A DNA stretch of 64,000 bases from contig CAVRCJ010000003.1 of NCBI GenBank assembly GCA_963719515.1, positions 736,001 through 800,000 of the forward strand. The letters run 5' to 3'. This DNA comes from an uncultured cyanobacterium. Lineage in GTDB: Bacteria > Cyanobacteriota > Cyanobacteriia > CAKZMO01. The number at the start of each line of letters is the position of its first letter. Position 1 is the stretch's first letter. The position numbers were made by a program, and so were the translations under genes. Below the pieces are notes generated by a model. The model searched no databases, was not told the origin of the DNA, and saw only the letters and a program-made list of their open reading frames with translations. Positions 1 through 10,192 of the stretch are shown one piece after another.

Positions 1-330
1 CGTGGTGTGTACGTCGTGGCCGCAGGCGTGCATAATGCCGGACTGATGGGAGGTAAAGGCCAGGTCGGTTTTCTCTTGGATGGGCAGGGCATCCATGTCG
101 GTACGAATGGCCAGCCAGCGCTCGTCGTCTTGGCGGGCAATTTCACCAACGACGCCTGTCTTGCCCACTAGTTCTTGCACCTGCAGCCCGCAGGAAGACA
201 GCACCCCGGCGACGTAGGCAGCAGTTTTGTATTCCTGGCCGCTCAGCTCAGGATGGCTGTGAAGATGACGACGAATCTCGAGCAAGCGAGGGGTTAGGCC
301 ACTGGCAATGTCTTTTATTTGGGAGAGCAT
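1..330 (-). CDS. M20 family amidohydrolase, N-terminal part (runs off window start)
   Basis: Manual translation from ATG at 330: MLSQIKDIASGLTPRLLEIRRHLHSHPELSGQEYKTA...IRTDMDALPI...MHACGHDVHTT, typical M20/Ama motifs. Confidence 0.9.
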   Translation of the reverse strand, partial: MLSQIKDIASGLTPRLLEIRRHLHSHPELSGQEYKTAAYVAGVLSSCGLQVQELVGKTGVVGEIARQDDERWLAIRTDMDALPIQEKTDLAFTSHQSGIMHACGHDVHTT

Positions 331-1102
331 AGTGTGGAGTGAGACAACAGGGAAAATGTGGCGGCGGAGCCCTCGCGTTTGCGGGCGATCGCACATCATA
401 CCTCTATGATACGCAGAGCTTTTTGGGGTGCAACGCCGATCGGAAAATTGACTGATCCGCTGGCTTAGAAGTGATCTATAAAGTGAGCGCTGCCCATAAC
501 GTTGAGGGTCGTTGTCTGTCCCGTATAAAATGACACCTATGAAGATAGTGCAATCACTCTAGAAGCGTGAAGTAAGGATAAATAACTTATGAGGTTTGTA
601 AAGACTGCTTAGAGTTTAAGACACTGTCCATATACCTAAGAAAAAAAGCGGTTATAACCGCAGTATATTCATGAATTTATTACTGTGCCACGCTGGCACT
701 TTGCTTGAAAATTGGGTATGCATCGCTGCGAGACGCAGTTTCTGCGGTACAGGTGTCAATTTACAGCTTTTTCATATAAAGAGATGAACTTTATCTATTG
801 AAAGGTTTAGCCTGTTCAAGAACAGTTCCCTAATCTTTTCTGAGCTCTCTAGTTAAACCAGCCTTTTTCAAAAATCGTATGTCAAGATAAGCATTTAGAC
901 TGATGTCGATCCGAATTTACCGTTAATTTTCTATTGCTTAGGGTCACTCTTAAAAAGTAGATATGTAAATCAGCCCGCAAAATTGAAAATTTCGAAAAGT
1001 TATTAATTCTCTGAGCGTGCTTTGATCTGGAAACTCGACAATGGTTGAAGTTAGTTGACCCAAGCTGGAGGCAGTTTGGGCTTAGCTATGATTTCTGGAC
1101 TA

Positions 1103-1198
1103 CGGAGTGACTGTCTATCTCTACTCCAGTAGCCAATCTTCCATATCCAACGGAGTGACTGTGCATCTCTGCTCCAGTAGCCAATCTTCCATATCCAA
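1103..1198. repeat. 48-bp direct tandem repeat, 2 copies
   Basis: cggagtgactgtctatctctactccagtagccaatcttccatatccaa (1103-1150) repeated at 1151-1198 with 3 substitutions. Confidence 0.9.
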
Positions 1199-1547
1199 AA
1201 CACTAGTGCGGCAGCAATTCAGCATGCTCACGCTATTGTTCAAATTGAGCAATAGCTTTTCCGAAGATATCTTTTCAAAGCAGCTTTAATTTATATTTCT
1301 TTATTTACGCCTCTGCGAAGTTGACGTCTTCTACATCTAGCCCGGTGCGTATTGTCCGAAACTAGAACTGTAGAAGCTTCCTCTTAATCAAGCCGCTCTC
1401 TAAAGAGTAAGTGGCCATAAATGAATAACGCTGTGTGGAGGTTGAATCCACCGACGATGACCTCCAGCCGCCTTGTCATAGCTGAAAATTTAGCCGCATA
1501 GAAGAGTCGATTGTCTAGCTTACCTACTGTTTAGAGAGTAAAATCCA

Positions 1548-2489
1548 ATGGAATCTGCCAGAGAGAAAGGGCTGATAACTTCACATATCAAGGCACTTCG
1601 CCCTAAGCAATGGACGAAAAACCTAGTTGTCTATGCAGCACCCCTGTTTGCGTTTCAGCTCAATGTGTCGACCCTAACCAGGGCGACGATTGCATTCGCG
1701 CTATTTTGTAGCCTGTCCAGCTGCTTTTACTTAATTAACGACATTTTAGATGTCGAGTCAGACCGACGGCATCCCACAAAACGCTACCGCCCTATCGCGT
1801 CTGGTGCCGTTACCGTTCCAGTCGCAATAGGTATGGCCGTAGTGCTCTCGGTGGGCAGTCTATCTATAGGAACGTTGCTCTCTCCCTATTTGGGAGTTGT
1901 GCTCGCCTCCTATGCGCTGCTTCAAATTGCCTACAACCTGAAGCTAAAGCACACGGTCATCCTGGACGTCATTGCGATCGCCACCGGGTTTATTTTTCGC
2001 GCCTGTGCCGGAGCCACGGCCTCCGGCGTCGCCCTATCCCCCTGGTTTATCCTGTGCGTTGCAATGCTAGCGCTGTTTTTGGGCATCGAAAAGCGCAAGG
2101 CCGAGCTGCGCATATCGGAGATCAAGGGAAGCACGTCGCGGAAAGTGCTGTACCGGTATTCCCATTCCCTCTTGGGCCGGATGGAGAGCAGCGTGACGAC
2201 CGGCGCTATCATGTCCTACGCTCTGTGGAGTTCCGGACCTGTGGTCCATGGCGCAAGCACGTCGTGGATGCTGCTGAGTCTGCCCTTTGTCCTCTACGGC
2301 ATCTTCCGCTATCAGCTACTCAGCGATCCTGAAGAATCGGCAAGGCGACAGCGCGACACGGGCAGAGGGGGATCCACTGAGCGTCCCGAAGAAGTTTTGT
2401 TGACGGACCGGCCTACGGCGCTAACGGTTTTGGCTTGGAGTCTAACCGTATTTACCGTCTTACTGCTAGAGGCAAAGGGTATTTTTTAA
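1548..2489 (+). CDS. Decaprenyl-phosphate phosphoribosyltransferase (UbiA family, DPPR synthase type)
   Basis: LRPKQWTKN, YLINDILDVESDRRHPTKRYRPIASG, KRKAEL, RPEEVLL motifs; multiple TM helices. Confidence 0.9.
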   Translation: MESAREKGLITSHIKALRPKQWTKNLVVYAAPLFAFQLNVSTLTRATIAFALFCSLSSCFYLINDILDVESDRRHPTKRYRPIASGAVTVPVAIGMAVVLSVGSLSIGTLLSPYLGVVLASYALLQIAYNLKLKHTVILDVIAIATGFIFRACAGATASGVALSPWFILCVAMLALFLGIEKRKAELRISEIKGSTSRKVLYRYSHSLLGRMESSVTTGAIMSYALWSSGPVVHGASTSWMLLSLPFVLYGIFRYQLLSDPEESARRQRDTGRGGSTERPEEVLLTDRPTALTVLAWSLTVFTVLLLEAKGIF

Positions 2490-2545
2490 TATTGCTCAAT
2501 CGCCCGGGCCGTAATTTATCCAGATTGAAACTAACCGAGAACGCA

Positions 2546-3085
2546 ATGAGGATTTCATCAACACCATCATCCAGCCAGACTCACCCTTGCTTTCGGGTCC
2601 GGATGCACCGCGTTGCCGATATCGACATCGCGCGGCTAAAGGCTCAGGGTATTTTGGGTATTATCTTAGACCTGGACAACACCATTGTGTCGGAAGACGA
2701 CCAATACCTGTCTCCCCATGCCGAGGATTGGATAGAGTCGGCTCGTCAAGAAGGCTTCAAGCTTTTTCTACTCTCAAACGGCAAGCGAAAGCATCGCGTT
2801 GACTACTGGTCCCATCGACTCAACATGTCCGCGATTAGCCCAGCTCGGAAACCCCGCCCCGGCAGCTTTCGCCTGGCTCTTCGCAAGATGGGTTTGCGGC
2901 CACACCAGGTGGTGGTGGTGGGGGATAGCTTTCACACCGACGTCTGCGGAGCTCGAATCATCGGGAGCTCCTCTATTCAAATTTGTACGCTTCCTCATCC
3001 ACCGCGATGGTGGGAAAGCATAGCGGGGCGATGGCTACAGCAGCCCGACCCTGATCCTAAAAGTCTGTGGCGCTTCGAGTCCTAG
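2546..3085 (+). CDS. YqeG-family HAD IIIA phosphatase
   Basis: ILDLDNTI, LLSNG, ARKP, VVGDSFHTDV motifs; ATG 2546 preferred over the overlapping upstream start. Confidence 0.85.
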   Translation: MRISSTPSSSQTHPCFRVRMHRVADIDIARLKAQGILGIILDLDNTIVSEDDQYLSPHAEDWIESARQEGFKLFLLSNGKRKHRVDYWSHRLNMSAISPARKPRPGSFRLALRKMGLRPHQVVVVGDSFHTDVCGARIIGSSSIQICTLPHPPRWWESIAGRWLQQPDPDPKSLWRFES

Positions 3086-3162
3086 TTCGGACAGAAGTTT
3101 CCTTAAAGCCTGTGAATCCATAACTATCGATCGCTCAAGTCAACTGCTAGAGGTCTATCTCT

Positions 3163-3498
3163 ATGGCGTCGCAACTTCTATTCGGTGCACTGGTCGCTAC
3201 TACCGTCGGTCTCAATACACTAGCGCAGGTGCTTTTAAAGGCTGGGGCAGAACGCAACCCTTTAAATCCCTATTTGCTCGGAGGGGTGGTTGTCTATGGA
3301 CTCAGTACGCTGATCTACATCAGTGTCCTGAGCAAAGTCAACCTGTCTTTGGCCTATCCCCTGATTATCGGTCTCACCGTAGTCTTCACGACCTTGGCCG
3401 GTAGCCTTCTATTCAAGGAGCGCGTTGACCCCTCTAATTGGGTGGGCATCGGGCTCATGATCAGCGGCATCTGGGCGCTTACTTTAGGCAAAGGGTGA
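3163..3498 (+). CDS. Small SMR/EamA-like membrane protein (ArnE/ArnF-like flippase candidate)
   Basis: 111 aa, 4 TM, LSLAYP and FKERV motifs. Confidence 0.8.
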   Translation: MASQLLFGALVATTVGLNTLAQVLLKAGAERNPLNPYLLGGVVVYGLSTLIYISVLSKVNLSLAYPLIIGLTVVFTTLAGSLLFKERVDPSNWVGIGLMISGIWALTLGKG

Positions 3499-3631
3499 GC
3501 CAGCCTCTGTCTTTGGCTCCTCAGCACCTTGGATCTCTCACTCTTTGATTTCTCACATCAGCGGACTCTTGCATCACCAGCACGCTCGCCTTACCTTGCA
3601 CACTCTTATACATCCTTTCAAGGACCGATCT

Positions 3632-4945
3632 ATGGAAAGATCAAGAATCCGCCACGCTGTTATCTCCCCGCAATATCTGTGGGTAGCCGGGATTGCGATC
3701 GCTGTACGAGTTATTTGGGCAATCCTGGTCCCAGTCGTACCGGTGTCCGACAGCGCAGCTTACGACACATTTGCCCAAAACCTTGCGTTTTGTCAAAACT
3801 ATGGCTGGAACTGCACTGACCCTAGCGCTTACTGGCCTGTAGGAACCTCCTTTGCGTACTCGGTCCTATATCGCATTTTCGGGCATACCTACGAACCCGT
3901 GGTTTTTTTCAACATTATTGTTGGCGTCACCATCGTGGTGCTGAGCCAATATCTTGCTGAGCGCTGGTTTGGCGCAAAAGCAGGCATCATTGCGGGGTTA
4001 ATGCTGGCGCTGTGGGCTTGTCAGGTTCAGTTTACGACCACAGTCAACAGCGAGCTGTTATTTACGGCGCTATGGCTGGGGGCGTTAACCCTGTGGTGCC
4101 ATACGACAATCCCCTTTTTGCTGCGGACTGTCGGCACAGGCGTAATCCTTGCAGGAGCTTGCTACGTCAAGCCCGTGGCGCTGCTGATTCCGTTCTTGAT
4201 GATGCTAGTCAACTACGTGAGAGTTCGAGAGGTTTGGAAGAACCTGGCTGCAACCGCAATCATGATGGTGACAATCGGCTTGCTCATTGCCCCCTGGTCA
4301 ATGCGAAATACCCAGGCGTTTGGCCATTTTGTGCTGATCTCGACCAACGGCGGGGCGAATCTTTGGATGGGCAACAACCCCGAGTCTCAGGGAGGCTACA
4401 TGCCCCTGCCGCCCGATATTGAGCAGATGAACGAAGCCCTCCGCGATGACCACTTAAAGTCCCTGGCGATCGCTCACATCAAGGACCGCCCTGTGCTGTT
4501 CGTCAAGCGGTTAGGAAAACGTCTAATCGATACTCACGCCCGAGAAACCATCGGCGTGAGCTGGAACGAAACGCAAATCGTCGAGCGCTATGGGAAAACG
4601 GTCCTGCTGCTGATAAAGCTAACCACCCAGGTTTATTGGCTGGTGATGCTGGGGCTAGGGTTAGTTGGCGCAGTAATGCTCATTCGACAACAGGGTTGGC
4701 TTTTCGCGCTGTTTCATCCCACCATTTTGTTCTGGGGATACTTTGCCGCGATTCACGCGGTGATCGTATCGGGCGATCGCTACCACTTGCCCAGCGTTCC
4801 CATGATTGGAGTGCTCGCGGTGCTGCCGGTGGTGGCGTTATGGGAGCGATTCGAGTCTGAGCCTAACCGGCGTTCGGCTCAAACTTCGGCCCAGACCGTA
4901 AACTCATCTTCAAACGAAAATTCGGAACGAAGACTGCGAATTTAA
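3632..4945 (+). CDS. GT-C fold membrane glycosyltransferase (PMT/ArnT-like)
   Basis: Polytopic; SDSAAYD loop, YVKP, PWSMRN, STNGGANLWMGNNP, DRYHLP motifs. Confidence 0.8.
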   Translation: MERSRIRHAVISPQYLWVAGIAIAVRVIWAILVPVVPVSDSAAYDTFAQNLAFCQNYGWNCTDPSAYWPVGTSFAYSVLYRIFGHTYEPVVFFNIIVGVTIVVLSQYLAERWFGAKAGIIAGLMLALWACQVQFTTTVNSELLFTALWLGALTLWCHTTIPFLLRTVGTGVILAGACYVKPVALLIPFLMMLVNYVRVREVWKNLAATAIMMVTIGLLIAPWSMRNTQAFGHFVLISTNGGANLWMGNNPESQGGYMPLPPDIEQMNEALRDDHLKSLAIAHIKDRPVLFVKRLGKRLIDTHARETIGVSWNETQIVERYGKTVLLLIKLTTQVYWLVMLGLGLVGAVMLIRQQGWLFALFHPTILFWGYFAAIHAVIVSGDRYHLPSVPMIGVLAVLPVVALWERFESEPNRRSAQTSAQTVNSSSNENSERRLRI

Positions 4946-5014
4946 GGGCATTCTGCCGCCAGCGCAGGTGTCTCGGGGTGCAGTCAAATATTATATTTCA
5001 CAAGAGGTTTCAGC

Positions 5015-6010
5015 ATGACGGTTTCTACGGCTCCTCGCCTTTCCTCACAAGCTCCGCCCCTCGTTTCAAGCCGGCGGTTTCGTATCTTCTCTGGCTCTGC
5101 GAATATCGATTTGGCCAGCGATGTTGCCCGCTACCTCGGGCTCGACCTCAATTCCATCACCCGCAAGCGATTTGCCGATAACGAGATCTACGTTCAAATC
5201 GAGGAGTCTATACGAGGGTGCGACGTCTATCTGGTGCAGCCGACCTGCGCGCCCGTCAACGACTACCTGATGGAGCTGATGATCATGATCGATGCGTGCC
5301 GCCGCGCATCGGCGCGACAAATTACGGCGGTGATTCCCTACTACGGCTACTCTAGGTCAGACCGCAAAACCGCCAATCGTGAGTCTATCGCCGCGAAGCT
5401 CGCCGCCAACTTGATCACAAAGGCCGGGGCAGACCGCATCTTGGCTATGGACCTGCATTCGACTCAAATTCAGGGCTATTTTGATATTCCGATTGATCAC
5501 GTCCATGGGTCTCCCGTGCTGTTAGAGTACTTGCTCAACAAGCAGATTCCTAACGCCGTAGTGGTTTCCCCCGACATCGGCGGCGTCGCCCGCGCCCGCG
5601 CCTTTGCCAAGAAGCTCAACGACGCGCCGCTGGCCATCATTGACAAGCGGCGGCAGGCCCATAACGTTGCGGAAGCCATGAACGTAATTGGCGATGTCGC
5701 CGGGAAAGTGGCGATTGTGATCGACGACATGATTGACACGGCGGGAACGATTACCGAATGCGCGAAAGCCCTGCGGCGCGAGGGTGCGCTTCAGGTCTAC
5801 GCCTGCGCAACCCACGCAGTGCTCTCCGCCCCCGCAACCGAAAGGCTCTCTAACGGTCCGTTTGAAGAGGTTATTGTCACTAACACTATCCCTGTCTCAG
5901 AGGCCCAAAGGTTTCCGCAGCTGACCATTTTGTCTGTGGCAGACCTCCTTGGGGAAGCGATCTGTCGCGTCCACGAAGAGAATTCCCTGAGCAGCATGCT
6001 GGACGAGTAG
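5015..6010 (+). CDS. prs: Ribose-phosphate pyrophosphokinase
   Basis: IFSGSAN, DLHSTQIQGYFD, VSPDIGGVARA, IDDMIDTAGT. Confidence 0.95.
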   Translation: MTVSTAPRLSSQAPPLVSSRRFRIFSGSANIDLASDVARYLGLDLNSITRKRFADNEIYVQIEESIRGCDVYLVQPTCAPVNDYLMELMIMIDACRRASARQITAVIPYYGYSRSDRKTANRESIAAKLAANLITKAGADRILAMDLHSTQIQGYFDIPIDHVHGSPVLLEYLLNKQIPNAVVVSPDIGGVARARAFAKKLNDAPLAIIDKRRQAHNVAEAMNVIGDVAGKVAIVIDDMIDTAGTITECAKALRREGALQVYACATHAVLSAPATERLSNGPFEEVIVTNTIPVSEAQRFPQLTILSVADLLGEAICRVHEENSLSSMLDE

Positions 6011-6063
6011 CCGAGTTTGCTCCTCAAGCCCAGTACATAATTTCAGCACCGTTACTATCGAAC

Positions 6064-6093
6064 CCAGAGGTCTTACGAGGCCTCTGGTTTTTT
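6064..6093 (+). terminator. Rho-independent terminator after prs
   Basis: ccagaggtct-tacg-aggcctctgg followed by T6. Confidence 0.75.
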
Positions 6094-6273
6094 AAATAGG
6101 GAGCTTTCGAAGAAAAAACGTGCCCCAGCCCTGAAGCGGGAGCACGTAAGGTATAGAACCAAGCCTTCTATTGTTAGTACGCTGATCAGATGCGTTTGGA
6201 TCCACCAGTTTGGAAAAAAGAATCTGAACTGCGATCGCTTCCTCGCAGTAGGCCATCTCCCTAGCCTCATGTA

Positions 6274-9200
6274 CTAGTCTACGCCCTCAATCGGCGCAAA
6301 GCCCTGCCGCTGCACGTTCTCCGTCACCATGCGCGGCTCTAAGAACTGCAGCAGGTAGTCCGGCCCCCCCGCCTTAGAGCCCACCCCCGACAGCTTAAAG
6401 CCGCCGAAGGGCTGCCGCGCCACGATCGCCCCCGTGATGGAGCGGTTGATGTAGAGGTTGCCTACCTCGAAGTTTTGCCCGGCTCGCTCAATGTGAGAGG
6501 GGGTGCGGGAGTAGAGTCCGCCCGTGAGGGCGTAGTCGGTGCTGTTGGCAATGGCGATCGCCTCATCGAAGTTTTGGGCGCGAATCACCGAGAGCACCGG
6601 ACCGAAGATTTCTTCCTGGGCCACGACGGCGTCGGCAGCCACATCGGTAAAGATTACCGGACCCACGTAGTACCCTTCTGCCGGCGCGGCGCACTCCAGG
6701 GCTACCGTAGCCTCCTGCTTGCCGGTTTCGATGTATTCTTTGATGCGCTTCTGGGCGGCAGCGTCAATCACGGGTCCAACGGAGGTGCCCGGATCTGTGG
6801 CGTCCCCGACGTTGAGCGATCGCCCTGCCTCCACCAGCCGCTCCACAAAAGTGTCGTAGATGGGATCCAAGACGATGACGCGGGAGCAGGCCGAGCACTT
6901 CTGGCCGCTGTAGCCAAAGGCGGAGTAGACCACGCCCTGCACGGCCTGATCTAGGTCCGCGCTCTCATCCACAATGATGGCGTTCTTGCCCCCCATCTCG
7001 GCTACCACCCGCTTTAGGTGCTTTTGACCGGGCTGCAGCACGGCGGCGCTGGCATAGATCTGGCAGCCCACTTCGCGGGAGCCGGTAAATACAATCATGT
7101 GGACGTCGGGCGAGCTGACCAGATGCGCGCCGACGGTGGAGCCTTTGCCGGGCACATACTGGAACACGCCTGAGGGAATGCCTGCCTCTACCAAAATTTC
7201 CGTCAGCTTAGCGGCAATCACCGTTGTGGTCTCGGCAGGCTTCAGCAAGACGCAGTTGCCCGTCACCAGCGCCGCCACCGTCATGCCGGTGGGAATAGCC
7301 AGCGGGAAGTTCCAGGGGGAGATGACCACCACTAGGCCCCGGGGCTCGTAGCGATAGCGGTCTGTCTCCCCGGCCACGTCGTAGCTATAGCCTGTATCCA
7401 GACGCTCCATCTCGTCGGCGTAGTAGCGGCAAAAGTCGATGGCCTCTGACACCTCGGCGTCCGCCTGATGCAGGGGCTTGCCCCCCTCCACGACCATCCA
7501 GGCCGACAGCTCCGCCCGCCGGGCGTCCAGCCCCTCGCCTGCCTTTCGCAGGATGGCAGCTCGCTCGCTGGCCGGGGTGCGCCGCCAGCCCTCGAAAGCG
7601 GCCTTGGCAGCGGCGATCGCCTGGTCCGCCTGCTCCACGCTGATCAGCCCCACGGTGCCCACCACTTCATCGGGATGGCAGGGGTTGACGGAGTTGACGG
7701 AGCTGACGGTCTCGACGCGATCGCCGCCGACGAGGGGCCTGTAGGTTTGGCCGAGCTGCTGGCGCACGGTGGCCATGGCGCGGGCGGCCTCCTGTCGGAC
7801 AGCCTCTTCCGAGTAGTCGGTGTCGGGGGCGTTCTCAATTAGCGTATAGGGTGCGGAACGCGTTGCGGTATCATCCCCCGACTCATCGCCCGTTACAGGG
7901 GGCGCTAGCAGGTCGTCTACGGGCCGATTCTCCAGGCTCTGCCGCAAAAACGAGCTGTTGGCCGTATTTTCCAGCAGGCGACGAATTAGGTAGGCCATGC
8001 CGGGAATCAGGTCGCCGTAGGGGCAGTAGACCCGCACCCGGCAACCCTGAGCCACCAGCGCTCTGGCCAGCTTGTCCCCCATGCCGTAAAGCACCTGTAG
8101 CTCAAAGGCGCGGCTTGGAATATCCAGGGCGCGGGCGATCGCGATGGCGTGGGCCTGGGAGCGAACGTTGTGGCTGCCGATGGCGGCGTAGAGATGCTCG
8201 TGGTTTTCCAGCAGCCGCTGGGTCATGCGCTCGAAGTTGGCGTCGGTAGAGGACTTGTGGCGGTAGACGGGCTGGGGCCAGTGGTTCTGCCGGGCAGTGA
8301 TAGTCTCTTGGTCCCAGTAGGCTCCCTTCACCAGCCGCACGGTGATCGGATTCCCCCGCCCCTTGGCCCACTCAATCAGCTCCTGCAGATCTTCATCGCT
8401 GTCCCGTAGGTAGGCCTGCAGCGTCACCCCCACGTCGGTGCGATCGCGAAACTCCTCTTCCATCAGCAGGTCTTTGAGAATCGCCAGGGTGATGGCTTTG
8501 TACTCATACTGCTCCATGTCGAAATGCACCGCCGCCCCCAGTTCTTTGGCGCGGCGCAGCAGGGTGCGGGCGCGATCGCGCACCACGGCTTCGCTGCCCT
8601 TGGCGTCTAGCGGGTCGAACTGGGAGTAAAAGGCGGTGAGCTTTACCGACACCTGCACCTTGGGCAGCGCCCCACCCGCCTGGTCGATTTGCGGCACGGT
8701 TCCCCAGCGGCGGGAGGCCTCCACCAGCTGCTCCATCAGCTCTAGGTAGCGGTTGAGGTAGGACTGAGCTTCGGTTTCGGTAATCACCGCCTCACCAAGC
8801 AGGTCCACGGTGAAGGCCATCTTTTGCTTGCGCAGCTGCTCGATGGATTTGAGGGCCTGCTTCAGGGTCTCGCCGGAAATGTATTTGCGGGCTAGGGTTT
8901 CTACGGCAGTAGACACGGTGGTCGCCGCCACCTGCCCCGGCATAGAGTCGGGGCTGGCAAAATTGAGCAGGCCTTTGAGGGCGCTGGGCAGCTCCACAGC
9001 GGGGTCGCCCAAATACTCCTGCATGTGGCGGGCCACTTCTGCTTTACTCTTGAGGGCGGGTAAGCAGTCGATGAAGCGAAACATCTGCACCCGCAGCCCC
9101 GGATTGCCCATGGTCCAGTCCAGAAGCTTGTCGTCCCAGCGCATTTGGTCGCGCACCTGGCTGAGCAGCGATCGCTTTTCCTGAGTCGCCGATAGCAGTT

Positions 9201-9282
9201 CGCGGGCGATCGCCTGGGTCTCATTTTCGTACTCTAGCCCGGTCTGACGCTGATCGGATACAACCACGGGGTGCCACCTCAT
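6274..9282 (-). CDS. putA: Bifunctional proline dehydrogenase / P5C dehydrogenase
   Basis: VRLVKGAYWD, YLIRRLLEN, AEMGGKN, GQKCSACSR, QEEIFGP. Confidence 0.97.
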   Translation of the reverse strand: MRWHPVVVSDQRQTGLEYENETQAIARELLSATQEKRSLLSQVRDQMRWDDKLLDWTMGNPGLRVQMFRFIDCLPALKSKAEVARHMQEYLGDPAVELPSALKGLLNFASPDSMPGQVAATTVSTAVETLARKYISGETLKQALKSIEQLRKQKMAFTVDLLGEAVITETEAQSYLNRYLELMEQLVEASRRWGTVPQIDQAGGALPKVQVSVKLTAFYSQFDPLDAKGSEAVVRDRARTLLRRAKELGAAVHFDMEQYEYKAITLAILKDLLMEEEFRDRTDVGVTLQAYLRDSDEDLQELIEWAKGRGNPITVRLVKGAYWDQETITARQNHWPQPVYRHKSSTDANFERMTQRLLENHEHLYAAIGSHNVRSQAHAIAIARALDIPSRAFELQVLYGMGDKLARALVAQGCRVRVYCPYGDLIPGMAYLIRRLLENTANSSFLRQSLENRPVDDLLAPPVTGDESGDDTATRSAPYTLIENAPDTDYSEEAVRQEAARAMATVRQQLGQTYRPLVGGDRVETVSSVNSVNPCHPDEVVGTVGLISVEQADQAIAAAKAAFEGWRRTPASERAAILRKAGEGLDARRAELSAWMVVEGGKPLHQADAEVSEAIDFCRYYADEMERLDTGYSYDVAGETDRYRYEPRGLVVVISPWNFPLAIPTGMTVAALVTGNCVLLKPAETTTVIAAKLTEILVEAGIPSGVFQYVPGKGSTVGAHLVSSPDVHMIVFTGSREVGCQIYASAAVLQPGQKHLKRVVAEMGGKNAIIVDESADLDQAVQGVVYSAFGYSGQKCSACSRVIVLDPIYDTFVERLVEAGRSLNVGDATDPGTSVGPVIDAAAQKRIKEYIETGKQEATVALECAAPAEGYYVGPVIFTDVAADAVVAQEEIFGPVLSVIRAQNFDEAIAIANSTDYALTGGLYSRTPSHIERAGQNFEVGNLYINRSITGAIVARQPFGGFKLSGVGSKAGGPDYLLQFLEPRMVTENVQRQGFAPIEGVD

Positions 9283-9390
9283 TAGAGAATATGGCAGGCG
9301 CTAGGCTTGCCAAAAATATATTCTAGGGTATCTGGAGAGCGATAAATCGAGAGATATTTAGGCTTCACGTAACTTCGCGATCGCAGCTCA

Positions 9391-9446
9391 CCCATAGTCC
9401 GTCGCCCATAGTCCGTCGCCCATAATCCCTCGCCCATAATCCCTCG
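9391..9446. repeat. 14-bp tandem repeat x4 abutting a TATAAT box (9448-9453)
   Basis: cccatagtccgtcg x2 then cccataatccctcg x2. Confidence 0.9.
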
Positions 9447-9498
9447 CTATAATGCAGAGTATCGATAGCGGTACGGCTAAGCCCTCCTTCTGACTGTT

Positions 9499-9948
9499 AT
9501 GCAGAATCCTCCTTCGCTACAGGGCTGTCTGCAGAGCGTCCACCACGTCGCCCTCCACGTCAAGGATATGGCGGCGTCCTGCCGGTTCTACGGCGAGGTG
9601 CTGGGGCTGCATAAGCTCACCGGGGATGAGGTGCCAAAGACTTTGGTGAAGGCGGTCGCGGCAGGAGAGGTGACCAACTTCCGCCTGCCGGACGGCACGA
9701 TTTTGGATCTGTTTTGGAAGCCGGAGCTAGCGCCGCCTAACCCTGACCCAGCCCAGGAATTCACCCGTGCGGGGCATCTGGCTTTTGGCATTGCCCCTGA
9801 GGCGTTTGAGCAGGCGATCGCCGTTTTGCACCACCACAAGGTGCCCATCGACCACGGGCCGGTGAGCCGGCCAACGGGGCGGGGCATCTATTTCTATGAC
9901 CCCGATGGTTTTCTGCTAGAAATCCGCTGCGACCCACTGCCGTCGTGA
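9499..9948 (+). CDS. VOC/glyoxalase family protein
   Basis: VHHVALHVKD, FYGEVLGL, HLAF, YFYDPDGFLLEI. Confidence 0.9.
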   Translation: MQNPPSLQGCLQSVHHVALHVKDMAASCRFYGEVLGLHKLTGDEVPKTLVKAVAAGEVTNFRLPDGTILDLFWKPELAPPNPDPAQEFTRAGHLAFGIAPEAFEQAIAVLHHHKVPIDHGPVSRPTGRGIYFYDPDGFLLEIRCDPLPS

Positions 9949-10192
9949 GCCAAAAGCCTCTTGGTAATTGCCGATAGCAATGTCCTCAGAAAAATATCCG
10001 GCGACAGATCAGCGGTTTTTGCCTCTATGTAAATAGGGGCACAAGGATGAGAGGATATGTTCAAGCGTTGAGGTGAGCGCTTAACCGCTTTAATATACCC
10101 GCAGCTAATGTCAGCTTGAATACGACGGTAAGCGGCGATCGCGATTACCATCTCACCACGACACACCGTACACATCACTCTAGGAGGACAGG

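Noticed and set aside
1103..1198. Possible CRISPR array
   Set aside because: Only two abutting copies, no spacers, and no cas genes in the window
1107..1289. 60-aa ORF with a duplicated peptide
   Set aside because: Explained by the 48-bp DNA duplication; no evidence it is coding
6475..9224. Many antisense and alternate-frame ORFs inside putA (and similarly in nrdJ, prfC, trmFO, cofH)
   Set aside because: Shadow ORFs expected in GC-rich coding DNA
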